Source of the DNA: Eutreptiella sp. 'Long Island Sound 2002'
Taxonomy: Eukaryota > Protista > Euglenida
Assembly (NCBI GenBank): GCA_964036045.1
Contig: OZ038379.1
Location: forward strand, 67,456,001-67,520,000
DNA length: 64,000 nucleotides
Direction of reading: 5' to 3'
In this document: piece by piece, positions 50,331 through 62,322 of the stretch
How the letters are laid out: every line of letters starts with the position of its first letter
Position numbering within the stretch: the first letter of the stretch is position 1
Position numbers and translations under genes: made by a program
The notes under the pieces: model-generated
Seen by the model: only the letters and a program-made list of their open reading frames with translations
Database searches by the model: none
What the model was told of the DNA's origin: nothing

Positions 50331-51457
50331 GCCGCAACTCTCCCCCCTTGCAGGGGCTCTTGACCACATATGAAATACCTCGTAAAAGACATTGCAAAAT
50401 ACCATGGTGCTGAACGTGCAGTTCCTTCGGACGACCCGTCCATGTTTTCCCATGTCAACAACGCACAATTGGTTCACAGAAGGAACATTGTATACATGGC
50501 ATCCAATCCAAACAAGACGCGTTGAAATTCCGTAGTGCAAAACATTACATGTCATCAAAAGAGGATGAAATGGACAGTCTATGTTAGGGTAGCTCTACCC
50601 CGGGAAGGGATTATCGGAGGCCCACATAGTAGTGTTGCCCCCTGCACTCCTTTCTTTGTGCAACCCTCACTTTGTTACTATCCATGTGGCTCCAGCAACA
50701 TGAGCTCCGACACCTATTCGGTTGTACGGAGCGGCCGTGATTTTGCAGTTGACGTGCACATTGGTTCGCCCAAGCAGGGCTTCCAACCTCACGGATCCCC
50801 ATATTGGGCACTTGTTGGCCTATTCCTTTGGCTACCACGCGTAGAACGCATAGTACGAAATTTTGTCGCGTTTTTGCTTTTATGATTGTTTTGTGCTACC
50901 GGGGGGTTTTCGAGGGTGCCCGACGCAATGGAACTATCTGTTTAGCTCAATTCAACCATTTTCGAGGAGAGAAGCACAATTGCCTCCTGCCTCTGCCTCT
51001 GTCTTGGTGCTACGCGTGCTGCGTGTGTTGCGCGTCCTGCGTGTTTCGGTCCGGTGCCTCTGAGTCTGCCTCGGGAAGTCTTCCTACGCGGTCTACGCGT
51101 TCTGCAGGGGCTAAGTGCTTCACACCTATCATACCACACCCAATTTTTTTTTCCCATGCTTGCACCCGTGTACTGTGCTACACACCTGCACTGGTTCCCA
51201 ATGGAACTGAAACGTGCGTATTCCAACGACAATTGCCTTCTGCCTATGCCTTTGCCTTGGTGCTACATTGCCCACGTGTGTTGGGTGTTTTGTGTGTTGT
51301 CGTTTTTTGCTTCCGACGTTGCCTCTGGAGCCGTTCTACGCGTGCTACGTGCTCTGCAGCATGTTTTTGTCCCAACATTCATAGGCCGCTCTGCTTTTAT
51401 GGTGCAGGAGCCATGCCTGCACCCCTGTACCCCGCCACACATTCTCAATGGTTGCAG

Positions 51458-54209
51458 AAGGGTGGGAAGCTGGGAGAGTGGAAGCATCCGAAGAAACTGA
51501 AGCGCGACGCCTTCGTTGTCTTTCAAATTAAACAAGCCACGAGTATGTGTGTGTGTTTCCGTTTTCGTCTCGCTTCTCGCCTTGCACCGCTGTCCTCCTC
51601 ACCCCCTTGTGTTGCAGCGGGGTGGCATGCCGGATGGGTCAATCGAAAGAAGAAAGGGGCCAAGGACAAGCAGGAGAAACAATTTTGGTTGACGAACCTC
51701 ACAACGTATCAGGTGTACCACGTTCACGGGTTTGCGGTTCATGTGACCACTATTTTGCGCTGCCTGTTGTCCCCTACCGCCTGTTGCACCCTTTCACAGG
51801 TCAAGGCCCCGAAGGGCAAGCCACATGCGCCACATGTGGTGCAGGACGTCCGCAACAAGAAGGATGGCTACTTGAAATACAAAAAGGTGTTTTATGCGTT
51901 CTGCGCGTTTTATCTGTTCCCTTTTCCGTTGCCTCTGGATCTGCCTCTGGTTGTGTGTTATGCGTTTTGCGCGTTCTCGGCGCTCTGCGCGCTTCCTCTG
52001 GTATTGCCTCTGGGGTTGCCTCCATGTGTGTTGCATGTTCTGCATGTTCTACAGATTCCGTGCGACCGGCTGTGGACGTGGATCCAAGATGAGGGAACCA
52101 CGGAGAGTTCGGATGAGGACGAGTAGGAAGAGGAGTCGGAAGAGGAGCCGGAGGAGGCAGAGGAGGCGGAGGAGGAGGAGGACGAGGAGGGCAGTGATGC
52201 TGCCAGTCTGAAGGACGAGGACGAGCCCTCCCTCGCCCAACGCGCCCCCCGCAGCACCCACCTAGAGGTTGCCCGCATGGCCGCAAAGGGGACCCCTGTC
52301 AAGGCGAAGCCACAGGCAAAGCCAGAGGCAAGGCCAGAGCCGGAGGAGCTGTCCAAGAAGAAGAAGGAAAAGACGAAGAGTCCACCCAAGAAGAAGAGCA
52401 ATGGCAAGAAGAAGGTGGAGGAGAAGCCCAAGCATGTGCGTTACGCAGTGGAAGGCGAACCGCACAGGACGATGCCCACAGGTGCAACCCGAGGGGAGAT
52501 GTACCAAGGCGGGGCCGCCTACCACAACGATGTGCAGGTCATGCAGCGCACCTCGGCGTCGGAATATGAAGTTTCACTCGGACGAGTATGCCAACACTAC
52601 AAAGTTTGTTTGGCCGAGGAAACACAAGCGCGCCGCGAATTGGGCCTGGCGCTGCTTCTGGTGACGGACGTGCGGGCGTACAGTGTGCAGATGGTCCTCC
52701 GCTGTGGCACGAAGAATGCACAAAGCACAGCCGCTGCCAGAGAACTGTTTGAGGAGCGATACCGCAGCAGCTCACCCCGCCAAGTCGCAACTGGGTTGAT
52801 CAAGGGGGTGTCGGTGTGCACGAACTGTGTCGGAGCCCCGGACTGGCCTACGGAATTTGGTGACCCCGCAGCTGCAGGCCTGCCGTTGGCGAAATTGAAG
52901 GGGGAGCTCTGTCGTCTGGATACCGAACACGGCGCAGCATGGACCAGCTGAGTGCGTTTGGTGCGGAGGACATTGTCGACATGCCCACTGACGCTTTGCA
53001 GGTGTACTGCATGTGTTGCGTGTTCCCTCTGTAACGCCTCCAGTGCAGCGTGTAGCGCGTTTTCCGCGTTTTGCGCGTGCTACGTGTTCCCGACGTTGCG
53101 CCTCTTCGTTGCCTCTGGGGGTGCATTCCGGTGTTGCACGCGCTTTGCGTGGTCTGTACAGGAGAAGCTGTCGCGCACGGTCCGCATGGCTGGCCTCATG
53201 GCCTACACCTTAACGGAGGACAGAGGTGTCGGCCTCCCCGACACAGGGGCATGGACACTCGTGAGACCAAAGGATGCAAAGAGGCAGCGGGTGTGCATTC
53301 CTGTGCTGGGCGTTGTGGCACAGTCTTTTCACTTGCCTCTGGAGTTGCCTCCTGTCTGCTTTGGGCGTCTTACGCGTTCTACGCGGTTTGCACGTTCGAT
53401 TCTGTGACTGCCTCTGGATTTGCCTTCCCATGTCTTACCTGTTTTGCGCGCTCTGCATGTTCTGCAGACAAGCTGGGAGGAGTATGGGTATCCGCAGCAG
53501 CATGGGTATCCGTACGAGCCGCGATACGAGTATGAGCCGCGGTACGAGTACCAGCCGATGAAGACGGATCCGGAAATGCCTTCGAGCTCCGGGAGCCTCC
53601 CGTATGGGTCCGACCCGTACAGGTACCAGCCCCAGGATTATCCGCCGCCACCCACGTATCCTCCACCGCAAGCATTGCTGCCGCCACCGCCACCGCCGGG
53701 GATCCCACCAGCGCCACTACTCCCACCACCCCAGCCACTGCCGCAAGGACCTCCGCCACCACCGCCACCGTCCGGGGAGCAGCAAGGCAGGCCGGAGATG
53801 GGGCCGGAGACGGGACCCCCGCACACGGAAGGTGCACAGGTGCGCATTGCACATTAGTACTATGCGTTCTAGGGGATTTGCGCGTAGCCTCCGGGTGTGC
53901 CTCTGGATGCGAGCCCCGTGTTCTCCGCGTTCTGCGCGTTCCACACGTTTTCGTTTTGGTGCCTCTCGGATTGCCTCTGGAGGTGGGTTGCATGTTTCAC
54001 GCGTGTTCCGTGTTCTGCAGCACCCAATCAAAACGGAGCCGGAGGAGGAGTCAAACGCGCCAATGGATCCACCGCAGGAGCCGGAGGCAGCCAAGGAAGA
54101 GAGCGCTGGGGCGCCGAAGAGCGATGCGGAAATGGGAGAGGAGCCCCCGGAGGAAGCCGCAGCGGCGGGAGAGGAGATGGAGGAGACGGACGAGATAGTG
54201 CAGATTTAG
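51458..54209 (+). pseudogene. Multi-exon unknown ORF upstream of the piggyBac transposase (basic beta-rich N-region, acidic and Lys-rich stretches, Pro/Tyr-rich exon)
   Basis: GT-AG introns at 51543-51617, 51713-51799 and 51887-52054 splice in frame to KGGKLGEWKHP..GWHAGWVN..IPCDRLWTWIQ. The frame continues past TAG 52124 into 52277-52951. Further candidate exons lie at ~53161-53290, 53469-53838 and 54021-54209. Several introns contain GCGTTCTGCGCG/TGCCTCTGG repeats. Confidence 0.5.
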
Positions 54210-54321
54210 TAAATCGGGCCCACCTAAGTTGGAGCAGCCCAGGCAGCATTTTTTCAAACACACAATTTTCGGAGGGGGATGAGTGGCCCGACCCCGATGA
54301 GGTCCGCGTCGCCAATATTAC

Positions 54322-55587
54322 TTGCTGCAACGGTTATTACGTACCGATGTCGTCTCGCTACTGGAAGATTGCAATGGCCAATGGGCGGGAGCGTGGTGCA
54401 TGGGGGGTGGGGCCTGCGGCGATGAGTCCATGGTGCCCCACAAGGGGATGCTAGCGGGCCCCTTGAAAATGTTCATTGCCCGGAAACCGCACCCAACCGG
54501 GATAAAGTTGTATTGCCTGGCGGATGCAACATGGGGGTACGTGGTGGACATGTATTTGTACACCGGTGTATGTGGCGGGCTACGCTGCTACGGCACTGCG
54601 GCGGGAAACTTTGATGCCAAAAACATCATGAAGTTGTGGGCATCATTGCTGCCCGAGGGGACGGTGCTATGTGCCGACTCTTTTTTCGGGTCCCACGGCC
54701 TTGCAAAGGAATTGGCCGCCAACAAGCGGGCATTCCTCATGATGACGAAGAGGTCCACGTACGGCGTGACATGGGCCGGGGAGCAGGTCCAGGAGGGGCA
54801 GACGGCGGTGTGCACTGTTGCGGATTTCAAGTACAATTTGTGCACGTACAAGAATCCGAAGGTCGGGCACGAACCCCCCCGTGTTGTGCCGATGTTGACG
54901 AATGTGTGGTTTGCCCGAAAGGGACCACCTCACCGGCGAAGCGGGCGGGAAGTGCACCCCGTGGTGGCGGCGTACCGCACACTGTCGCGCGGTGTCGATG
55001 GTGTGAACCAGATGGCCCTGCAGATGAGGCAGGTTGGCCGCCAGATGACATGGGCCCACGCGGTGCGTGCGTTCGTGCTCCGGTACGCGGTTGTGAATGT
55101 GTTCGCTACTTGCCGGCAATTGGGACTTTGCAAGGAGACCACCAGTATGTGGGAATGGCAATGGCAAGTGTTGCGGCATCGGTACTTTGCCCAACCCCGC
55201 CGACAAGAGGTACACGTGCCGGTGGCGACACAACGGCGGCGTGTGTGCCACTTTTGCAAGAGGGGAAGCACCGGCTATGAATGTACCGGTTGTGCAAAGG
55301 CGTTCCACGTGTTGTGCTTTGCACCGGGACATGGCTATGGAGGTGTGCAAGGCGCACGGGACATGGAGGTAGACGAGGAGGACGAGGAGGTGTGGGAGGA
55401 GGACCATGAGGAGGACGAAGAGGACGGGGAGGACGAGGAGGACGAGGAGGACGAGGAGGACGAGGAGGATGAGGAGTACGAGGAAGGCGAGGAGGACGAG
55501 GAAGGCGAGGAGGACGAGGAAGGCGAGGAGGACGAGGAGGATGAGGAGGACGAGGAGGATGAGGAGGACGGGGAGGATGAGGAGTAG
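54322..55587 (+). CDS. piggyBac-family transposase (5'-degenerate) with Cys-rich C-terminus and an acidic tail
   Basis: DESMVPHKG, KPHPTGIKLYCLADA, DSFFGS, RGVDGVNQM and CHFCKRGSTGYECTGCAKAFHVLCF. The same frame upstream (54241-54321) contains TGA stops. No TTAA-flanked TIRs were found. Confidence 0.9.
   Translation: MLQRLLRTDVVSLLEDCNGQWAGAWCMGGGACGDESMVPHKGMLAGPLKMFIARKPHPTGIKLYCLADATWGYVVDMYLYTGVCGGLRCYGTAAGNFDAKNIMKLWASLLPEGTVLCADSFFGSHGLAKELAANKRAFLMMTKRSTYGVTWAGEQVQEGQTAVCTVADFKYNLCTYKNPKVGHEPPRVVPMLTNVWFARKGPPHRRSGREVHPVVAAYRTLSRGVDGVNQMALQMRQVGRQMTWAHAVRAFVLRYAVVNVFATCRQLGLCKETTSMWEWQWQVLRHRYFAQPRRQEVHVPVATQRRRVCHFCKRGSTGYECTGCAKAFHVLCFAPGHGYGGVQGARDMEVDEEDEEVWEEDHEEDEEDGEDEEDEEDEEDEEDEEYEEGEEDEEGEEDEEGEEDEEDEEDEEDEEDGEDEE
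55370..55584 (+). repeat. GAG/GAC/GAT trinucleotide tract encoding poly-Asp/Glu
   Basis: (GAGGAGGAC/GAT)n and GAGGAAGGC repeats. Confidence 0.95.
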
Positions 55588-55620
55588 TGTGGTGGAATGG
55601 GGGGCTTGAACGAGACGATT

Positions 55621-58600
55621 ATGGAGGCGGAGCCTCTGCTATCCCTACCCATGGGACCAGTGCGAACCCTGGGGGACAACCGCGTAGGCTGGATACCCAG
55701 CTGTGAGGACGCGGCCCCTCCTCAATGTGCGCCTGTGTGCAAAGCGACGTGCTGCACGTTCTGCGCGTTCTGCGCGTTCCGGTATTCCAATTCTGCAAGT
55801 GCCTCTGGAGGCACGTGTTCGGCGTGCTACGCGTTCTGTGCGTGTTACTTGGTCTGTACGTGTTGTACGCGTTGTGCGCGCTCTACGCGTTTTCAAAACC
55901 TTACGTGCAACACCGTGGGCCACAAAAGCGCGCCTCCGGCCAGAAACGTACAGATGGTAGCCAAAGGACTATGTTGGTGTTGTCACCACATGTAAGGCTA
56001 GATGGGAGCACGCCATCCTCCAAGGTGCGAAGAAGTGGTGCGTGCTGCGGAGGAAGCTGTAGTACGCCAGTATGCAACATCGTTGATCACCCCCCTTGGG
56101 GCCGTAGAACGTATCATGGGCCTGAAGGCCCCCAAGCCAGGGTTTCTTGTCCTCTTGGAGTTCTTCACCCAACAACGCTTACCCCACTCTTGTATGTGGG
56201 TGGCCGTTCGCACGCCCCATTGGTGCGCATGAGGCCTTGGAGGCAGCATGGAAGGCTCTTAGCCAACAATTGCAACTCGCACCCCCATTGACCACAAGTG
56301 CGCTAGTTTTTTGGGGAGATCTTGGCCCGTCCCCCGGGTCAATTCAATTGAGTTGAGGAGTGCTCTGTGTGACACCATTGACTAGTCCTGCCCCGTGTTT
56401 ACATTGTGCGAGCCAATACATACCCTTGCGTTTGGGGTAGTTGGAGCCACCTTGGTCTCGCCTTGGCTAACCACTCCACCCGCGTCGGCCATCCCGCATA
56501 CTATTAGGTGATCGGGATGGCAGCATGTGGTGACAAGGACATGGCGCAATTGGGGCCATTTGGTGAGACATGTCGCAAGTAGGTTGCCGGTGACCCGTTA
56601 GTGCCCCAAAGTGTTGTACCGTCATTCAAACGACGCAGCTCAAAATTAAAAAAACGTCCAAAAAATGTGAGATATGTACTAGTTATGCTTTTGGGATGCT
56701 GAAAACTTTTTTTCAGCTTTCAAAATTGGAATGCTTCGTGACGGAGCATGGAACGCATTTTTGTGCCAGCCCCTTTACTTGAGCTAGCACAGTCTGCGCG
56801 GCCATCGTCTGGTGCGCCGGTGATGGCCTGTGGACCCCTCGCTAGGTGAGTGTCTCAATGACTCCCCAAGTCCCGTCAATCTACAATGAGGCGACGTGGG
56901 ACGCCTCTGCCGGCAATGGCTGGTGCACTAGCGGCGGCACTCCACACAACGCAATGCTCAACATAACTATTGGCACCCGGTGGACCATGGGAGTTTGCGG
57001 AACGCAGGGTGTGTCGGTGAATCCCTCCTCTGCATGGACCGCGAGCACATGCTTATGTGCATGTTGCAGTGCACCATGGCGGCGGGCACCTTGTATTGCA
57101 GTTCGTGGACATTTTTTGCAAGCCCCTTGACAATGTCGTGCGGGACAGGGTACACCGCAAACAGATGTTCTCTTGGCCTTGGTGCGGCACGGCAGCCACT
57201 CTAGGAACATGTGGCCCCGACATCGGGGTTGAACTTCCTCCTCTTTCTAGAAGGGGACTATGATGCGTTTTGGCCGCCCTCAATCCCCTCACTAAGCAAG
57301 GACATTGTGGAATCGGTCAATAGGATACTCAAGGTGGGATACAAAGACCACACTGCCCATGGGGGAAGGGGGAAGGCATGCAGCCGTAAACAACCCCGCA
57401 CGCAAAGCCACTGTGGTTGCATACGTGTGGGAGTGGTGGTTCTACAATTTGATTTACTAGTCACCACACGTGGTATTCCCACACACCAGCCTGTGTTTGA
57501 TGCCAACCCAAATAGAGCCTGTTGTCCCCCCCCCCCCCTCCCCCGCCCTCCCACCCCGTCCCGAAACACGCTCTCCGCCTCCGCGCGTATTTTTGCATGC
57601 AAAAAAATGGAGCCCGCTAGTGGTGGAGAAAGTAGCCCTAACGGCCCAAATGATCTGTAATGCTCGTGCATGTGTGGTGTGCAGTGCTATCATTATCGTA
57701 TTCTAATCCTCGTTCGGTGGTTCGAAAGATGCAATTCAAAAGTCAAAAAGAATAAAAATTAGAGTATTGACGTCACAATTGCGCATTTTCGAACGACTCT
57801 TTTTCGAATTTTCAAATTTTGAATGCTGCTGCATTATATATGCAGCCACAATTGCTGGCAGCTCAGCTTGGAGACTCTGTTCAACCGGTTAAATTAGCAA
57901 CATCCTCACAATAAGGCCCACATGATGCCGCACACTCCTCTTCACTCCATGCGGTAAAGGAGGAGGAAGGCGCGGGGCTGGAACAGCTTGACTGCTCAGA
58001 GCGCAGGCGGAGGAAGAAGAAGAAGGTGGCACAGAAGAGGGAGAAGGCGGTCAGGGTGGAGAGGGCAAAGGAGTGTGTGGGAGGGGGGGTCCAAGGTGGA
58101 GGTGAAGGAGGAGGAGGAGGACGTCGATCTCGGTTGGGGAAGACGCGGATGTGCATGACTCGGGCATCTCCCCTTGCACCTAAGTCCCGAGGTCCTCCCC
58201 TCCACCCACATTCGGCGCACCCATGGCTACCAGCGGCCCTACAGCCAAACCCCCCTCACCATGGACACACTCTCCTCTGTGGCCCCCTTGGTGCCACATG
58301 ACGCTGCCATTTGTCACGGATGCCGCAGGGGGCAGTGGCCCAAAGCAAGCTAGTGGGCCAATGGACATGGGTGGAGATGGGGGAGGAGGGGGGCAGGTAG
58401 TGGACGGTCAACGGCCGGCCCACCTCCACTCCCGTCTCCCCATTGCTGGCTCTCATGCCGCTGCGCGTAAGCAGTTGCAGGATGGGGCTCAATGCGGAGG
58501 CGGTGGGCAATGTGGGCAATGCGGCCATAGCGGGCCAGCCACCGCCTTGGGGGACGGCTCCACGCAACCGGCCCCCTCTAATGCAGACTCGCACTCCGCA

Positions 58601-59720
58601 CCTAAACCCATCGGAGTACGGCCCAGTGTGGCTTTGTGCTTTGTGCTCGTCCACTCTTGCTCCCTTGGCACAGTCGCTAGAGGGATTCATAGCGACCCAC
58701 CTCACCCGGCACTTGCCCAGGAAAGAGGGCGTTGTTGCCCACGAGTTGCTCATCTTGTGGCCTTGGGCCCACCCTTGGAGGCCGTAGAGAATTTGGAAGC
58801 CCACAGCTCGGCGGCTCGTAAGCGGCTGGAAGAGGCCTCCAACGCCCATGACCTCCTCGGCGCCCTCCTCTGCCATCCGATGGATCCGCATTCCGGTGGC
58901 GTGCGTTTTGTTGACGTGGATGTCCAAAACTTAAAAAAAAACCTATTTTCGAAGTTTGAATGTTCCAAATTCAAAATTCGGATTCAAGAAATCGGAGATC
59001 TACGTTACGCCTCTATTTTTTGAAATTTGAACATTCAAAATTTGAACAACCTTTTTTCCGAAAGTTACCATCGGTGGAAACATGCACGGGCTAGGGTTGG
59101 CTGTGCTTGGGGGGGAACTCTCCACCCACGTCACCGTGGCCCGTGGTAGGCGCCAAGTGTAGAGGTGTTGGGCCGCCGGGCCATAGAGGCCCTAAGTGGT
59201 CAACGCCCTCCAATTCAGGAGGTGTGTGTGCCGCCTCTCGCACGTCAGCAGAGCTTGCTATATCAACCCATCAAAAAAGAGCTTGTAGGTGGCGGCGCTA
59301 AGGGGGCCAGAGGAGGTGGACATAAGTTTGCGGGCGGCTCTAGTGGGAGTCCAACAAGGAGGGGAACACCGTGCACAAGAAGAAGTGGGGGCGGTTCCCG
59401 AGTCCTTCCTCATCGGCCTCCAGCTGCACAAGCAGCAAAGGCAAGGAGGTCAAGGAGGTGGTGGTACTGAAGCCGGCATAGGAGAAGAAGGCAGTGAAGG
59501 GGAAGGGGAAGGGGGTGGCAAAGGAGAAGGATGGGGAGATGGACCCCACCGTGTGGGTCCCGTACCTCAAGGGGTGAGTAAAGGGGCGGTGCCATGGGTG
59601 GTGAACGGGGCTAGGCACAAATGGGTGCACTTTGCGCCAGGGTACGACTCCTACAAGGTGGATTTGTGCTTCTCCCCGGAGGATCGGACCACTGCAAGGT
59701 GGAAGAAGATGGCGGGGGTG
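55621..59720 (+). mobile_element. Transib/RAG1-like transposon copy H, the most complete copy (N-terminus, D1 region, D2, LxC motif, E motif, 3' exons, Tudor-like exon)
   Basis: Reads VVRQYATSLI..KAPKPGF / PFARPIG..AWKAL / YPCVWGSWSHL..YY*VIGMAACGDKDMAQL | AGDGLW..SMTPQVPSIYNEATWD / GSLRNAGCVGESLL..MLQCTMAAG / SKDIVESVNRILKVGYKDHTAHGG / VWEWWF, then VWVPYLKG..KWVHF..YKVD at 59530-59700. Intron 56579-56792. The spacers are rich in TTCAAA/TTTGAA. Confidence 0.75.
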
Positions 59721-59762
59721 GAGGGCAAGGCCCCGAGTGCACAACCCCCCCCCCCAAAACCT

Positions 59763-59765
59763 GTA

Positions 59766-59802
<37 letters not shown>
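59763..59802. repeat. (CTGT)n microsatellite
   Basis: About 10 tandem CTGT units. Confidence 0.95.
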
Positions 59803-59804
<2 letters not shown>

Positions 59805-61999
59805 TTTGCTTCTCCATTTCACGCATATCCCAATCCACACTCTTCTAGTAGGTCTCCTCCCCCCCTCCAGAACCGCACCTAGCCCCACAGGAGCCAACCA
59901 CCCAATGACCCCCCCTCCCCCCCCAATAGCAAGCGGCTAGTAGGGGCCAGCCTGTGACAAAGGTAAAGGCGGAACCCTAGACCGGGCTCACTGACGACCG
60001 GGACACCTAAGCACGATGCGTGCCCCAACTGTCCCGGGAACTTTAAGGGGCTTGGATGGCCGCTTTGGGTGTCAACCGTCCAATCATGGGGCTGCCAGCC
60101 AACAGACTCCTTTTGACAAAAGCCTGGATGGTAACACTTGCTTGATCACTAGACGCCGTTCGATTGATTTTGTGAAATCACCAAATCTTTTCAAAATCTC
60201 GACCTCAATAGTAGTCAACACAGGCACGCTCGTGACAATGAACCCACAATTGTTGGTGTCCCTTGAACTTGTACGCGTTTCGGGCTTATAGGCCCCTCAT
60301 CAGCTACAAAGTGAGCAAGAGAAAACATGAGTATGGTACATTCAAACACAAAGGCCGTGCTGAAATCTGTCTATTGAAAAATGCTCATAAAATAATAATT
60401 ATTCCATCGATGCGTGCTGAAATTATTGATAATTAAAACAAAGTCCTGATCCAATCCCAAATCTGTCCACGCTGTCCAAAGAGCGCGCGCCAATCAAACT
60501 TGCTGCCGGCTGGATAAGGAAATCAGACCTGAATTCCTGAACAGACATTTGAGATTGCGTAAAGGCCTGAGGATGGCAAACGGTCTTAGGTCAGGAAGAA
60601 ATTTCAATCGTCTTTTCAACACATGCATAGCTCGTGACCACGCCACAGGAATAGCACCATGGTGTGAAACCTTCAGGACATGCACCTGTCCAGAAGGTTC
60701 CCGCCCACCTCCCATCACACCATTTTGTCTGGAGCCGTGCCCCACATCACAGCGCCATCCCGATTTCTTTTTCGAGAGTCGTGAGAGGGTTTGTGAATAA
60801 TTTGTCTTTCCTTCCGGATGTACAATTATTTGCTACGTTGCAACCGCCGCCTAACTTGGGGAAATTATTTCATGGGTGGTGCACGCGCGCGCTGAGGAAG
60901 GCCTGTGCTCCCGATATTTAATTTGTGTTTCGATTGTTGTTCACTGTATCTATTTTTTCTGTCATTCCCATTACTTTGGTGGGATGCCCTGCAATGGTTT
61001 GTCTTTCTGTACTCTTACAGCTGAGGAGGGGCAACTAGCCCGAAACATGTTCATTTGATTGATTTGAATTTGTGATTTGGCGCCATATACCCCGCTTTGC
61101 ACATTGTTGAGATCTTCAAGGTTTTTTGGGTGCAAAATCATCGGGAGGTGAAACCAACCAAGCGGTCAAACAATTTGTGAAGGAAGACGGGTATTGCACT
61201 GTATGGGTTGCATTGTGCTTTGTTTTTGTGTTTGTTTGTGCAATGCCTGTGCGGGTTGTTCATAAAATTTTGAAAATTCAAAATTCAAAACAGGGAGTTT
61301 GGATGGTTTTTGAAACAGTTTGGACCTTTTTTGAACCACTTTTTTCAAGGTTCAAAGTCATCCCCCCCCCCCCCCCCCTCGACCCCGGAGCCAGGAACAG
61401 CGCATGAGGGCTCAGAAACCACCAATTCCCACCACTGCAAAACACCCCCAAGTTGACCCGATGCAACAATTTTTTTCTCTTGAAAAGCATTCAAAATGCA
61501 AAAACCTTTTTTTTTTGAACAACTTTTTTATTTTGGTAGGTTTCCGGGGTAACACCATGTTTCACATTTCAGGGTGTCAGAATGCGTTTTTCAGGCGTCC
61601 CTCCACCTGCACCTCTACTTCAGGGTCTTTACCACATGTACCACCGGTGCCCAGCACACAACATTGGAAGAGAGACCAATATTGTCCCGTTACCGGTGGC
61701 AATTTTAGGAAATCTGTACCGATGTCCATGCGATATGCTTCGGTCCGCTGCTTGGAAGTTTTCGAAAACCCTTGGAAAGATGCTCGGAAGTTTTGGCAGC
61801 CAGATCGGGTCCCAAAACGCAACCGATATCGGTAGGAATGTTCCATGGACTTCCCAGCCGACCGTGCCGGGGGAGCTCGGAAGAAATTTTTTAGCCCGAA
61901 CCCAGTGGAACTTTGGTTGGATGCTTGGTGCCTACCTTGCCTGCAAGATGCCATGGAGAACAGTACGTTGAAGCTAATGTTTGTCTACCCTTTGTCTGC

Positions 62000-62184
62000 T
62001 TTGCCTACAAAGCTGCATGGAGAACACTGTGCTCAAGCTTATGATTGCTTCCCCTTTGAGCTCATTTGTGAATTTGCACTTTTGGTTTTGACATGTGCAA
62101 TGCCAGCTTGATCCTTGGTGCCTGCTTTACCTACAAACTTGCATCGAGAACACTGTACTCAAGCTTATGATTGTTTGCCCTTTC
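62000..62184 (+). repeat. ~60-bp imperfect direct repeat pair
   Basis: CTTT(G/A)CCTACAAA..GCAT.GAGAACACTGT.CTCAAGCTTATGATTG at ~62000 and ~62125. Confidence 0.85.
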
Positions 62185-62322
62185 TGCCTTGTGAAGCTGT
62201 GTGCCTGCTTTTGTGGTTTTCTTTTTGCATGTGTGTCGCTTTTTCACCTTGGCCCCTTTGAGTAGACTCACTATTGTATTCCCTTCTTGTGCTCAGAACA
62301 CTTTTTGTCACCTGCAATAGAC

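Noticed and set aside
58223-59023. 266-aa and 223-aa ORFs as independent genes
   Set aside because: They overlap the degenerate 3' exons and TTCAAA spacer of copy H and are probably shadow or partial frames.
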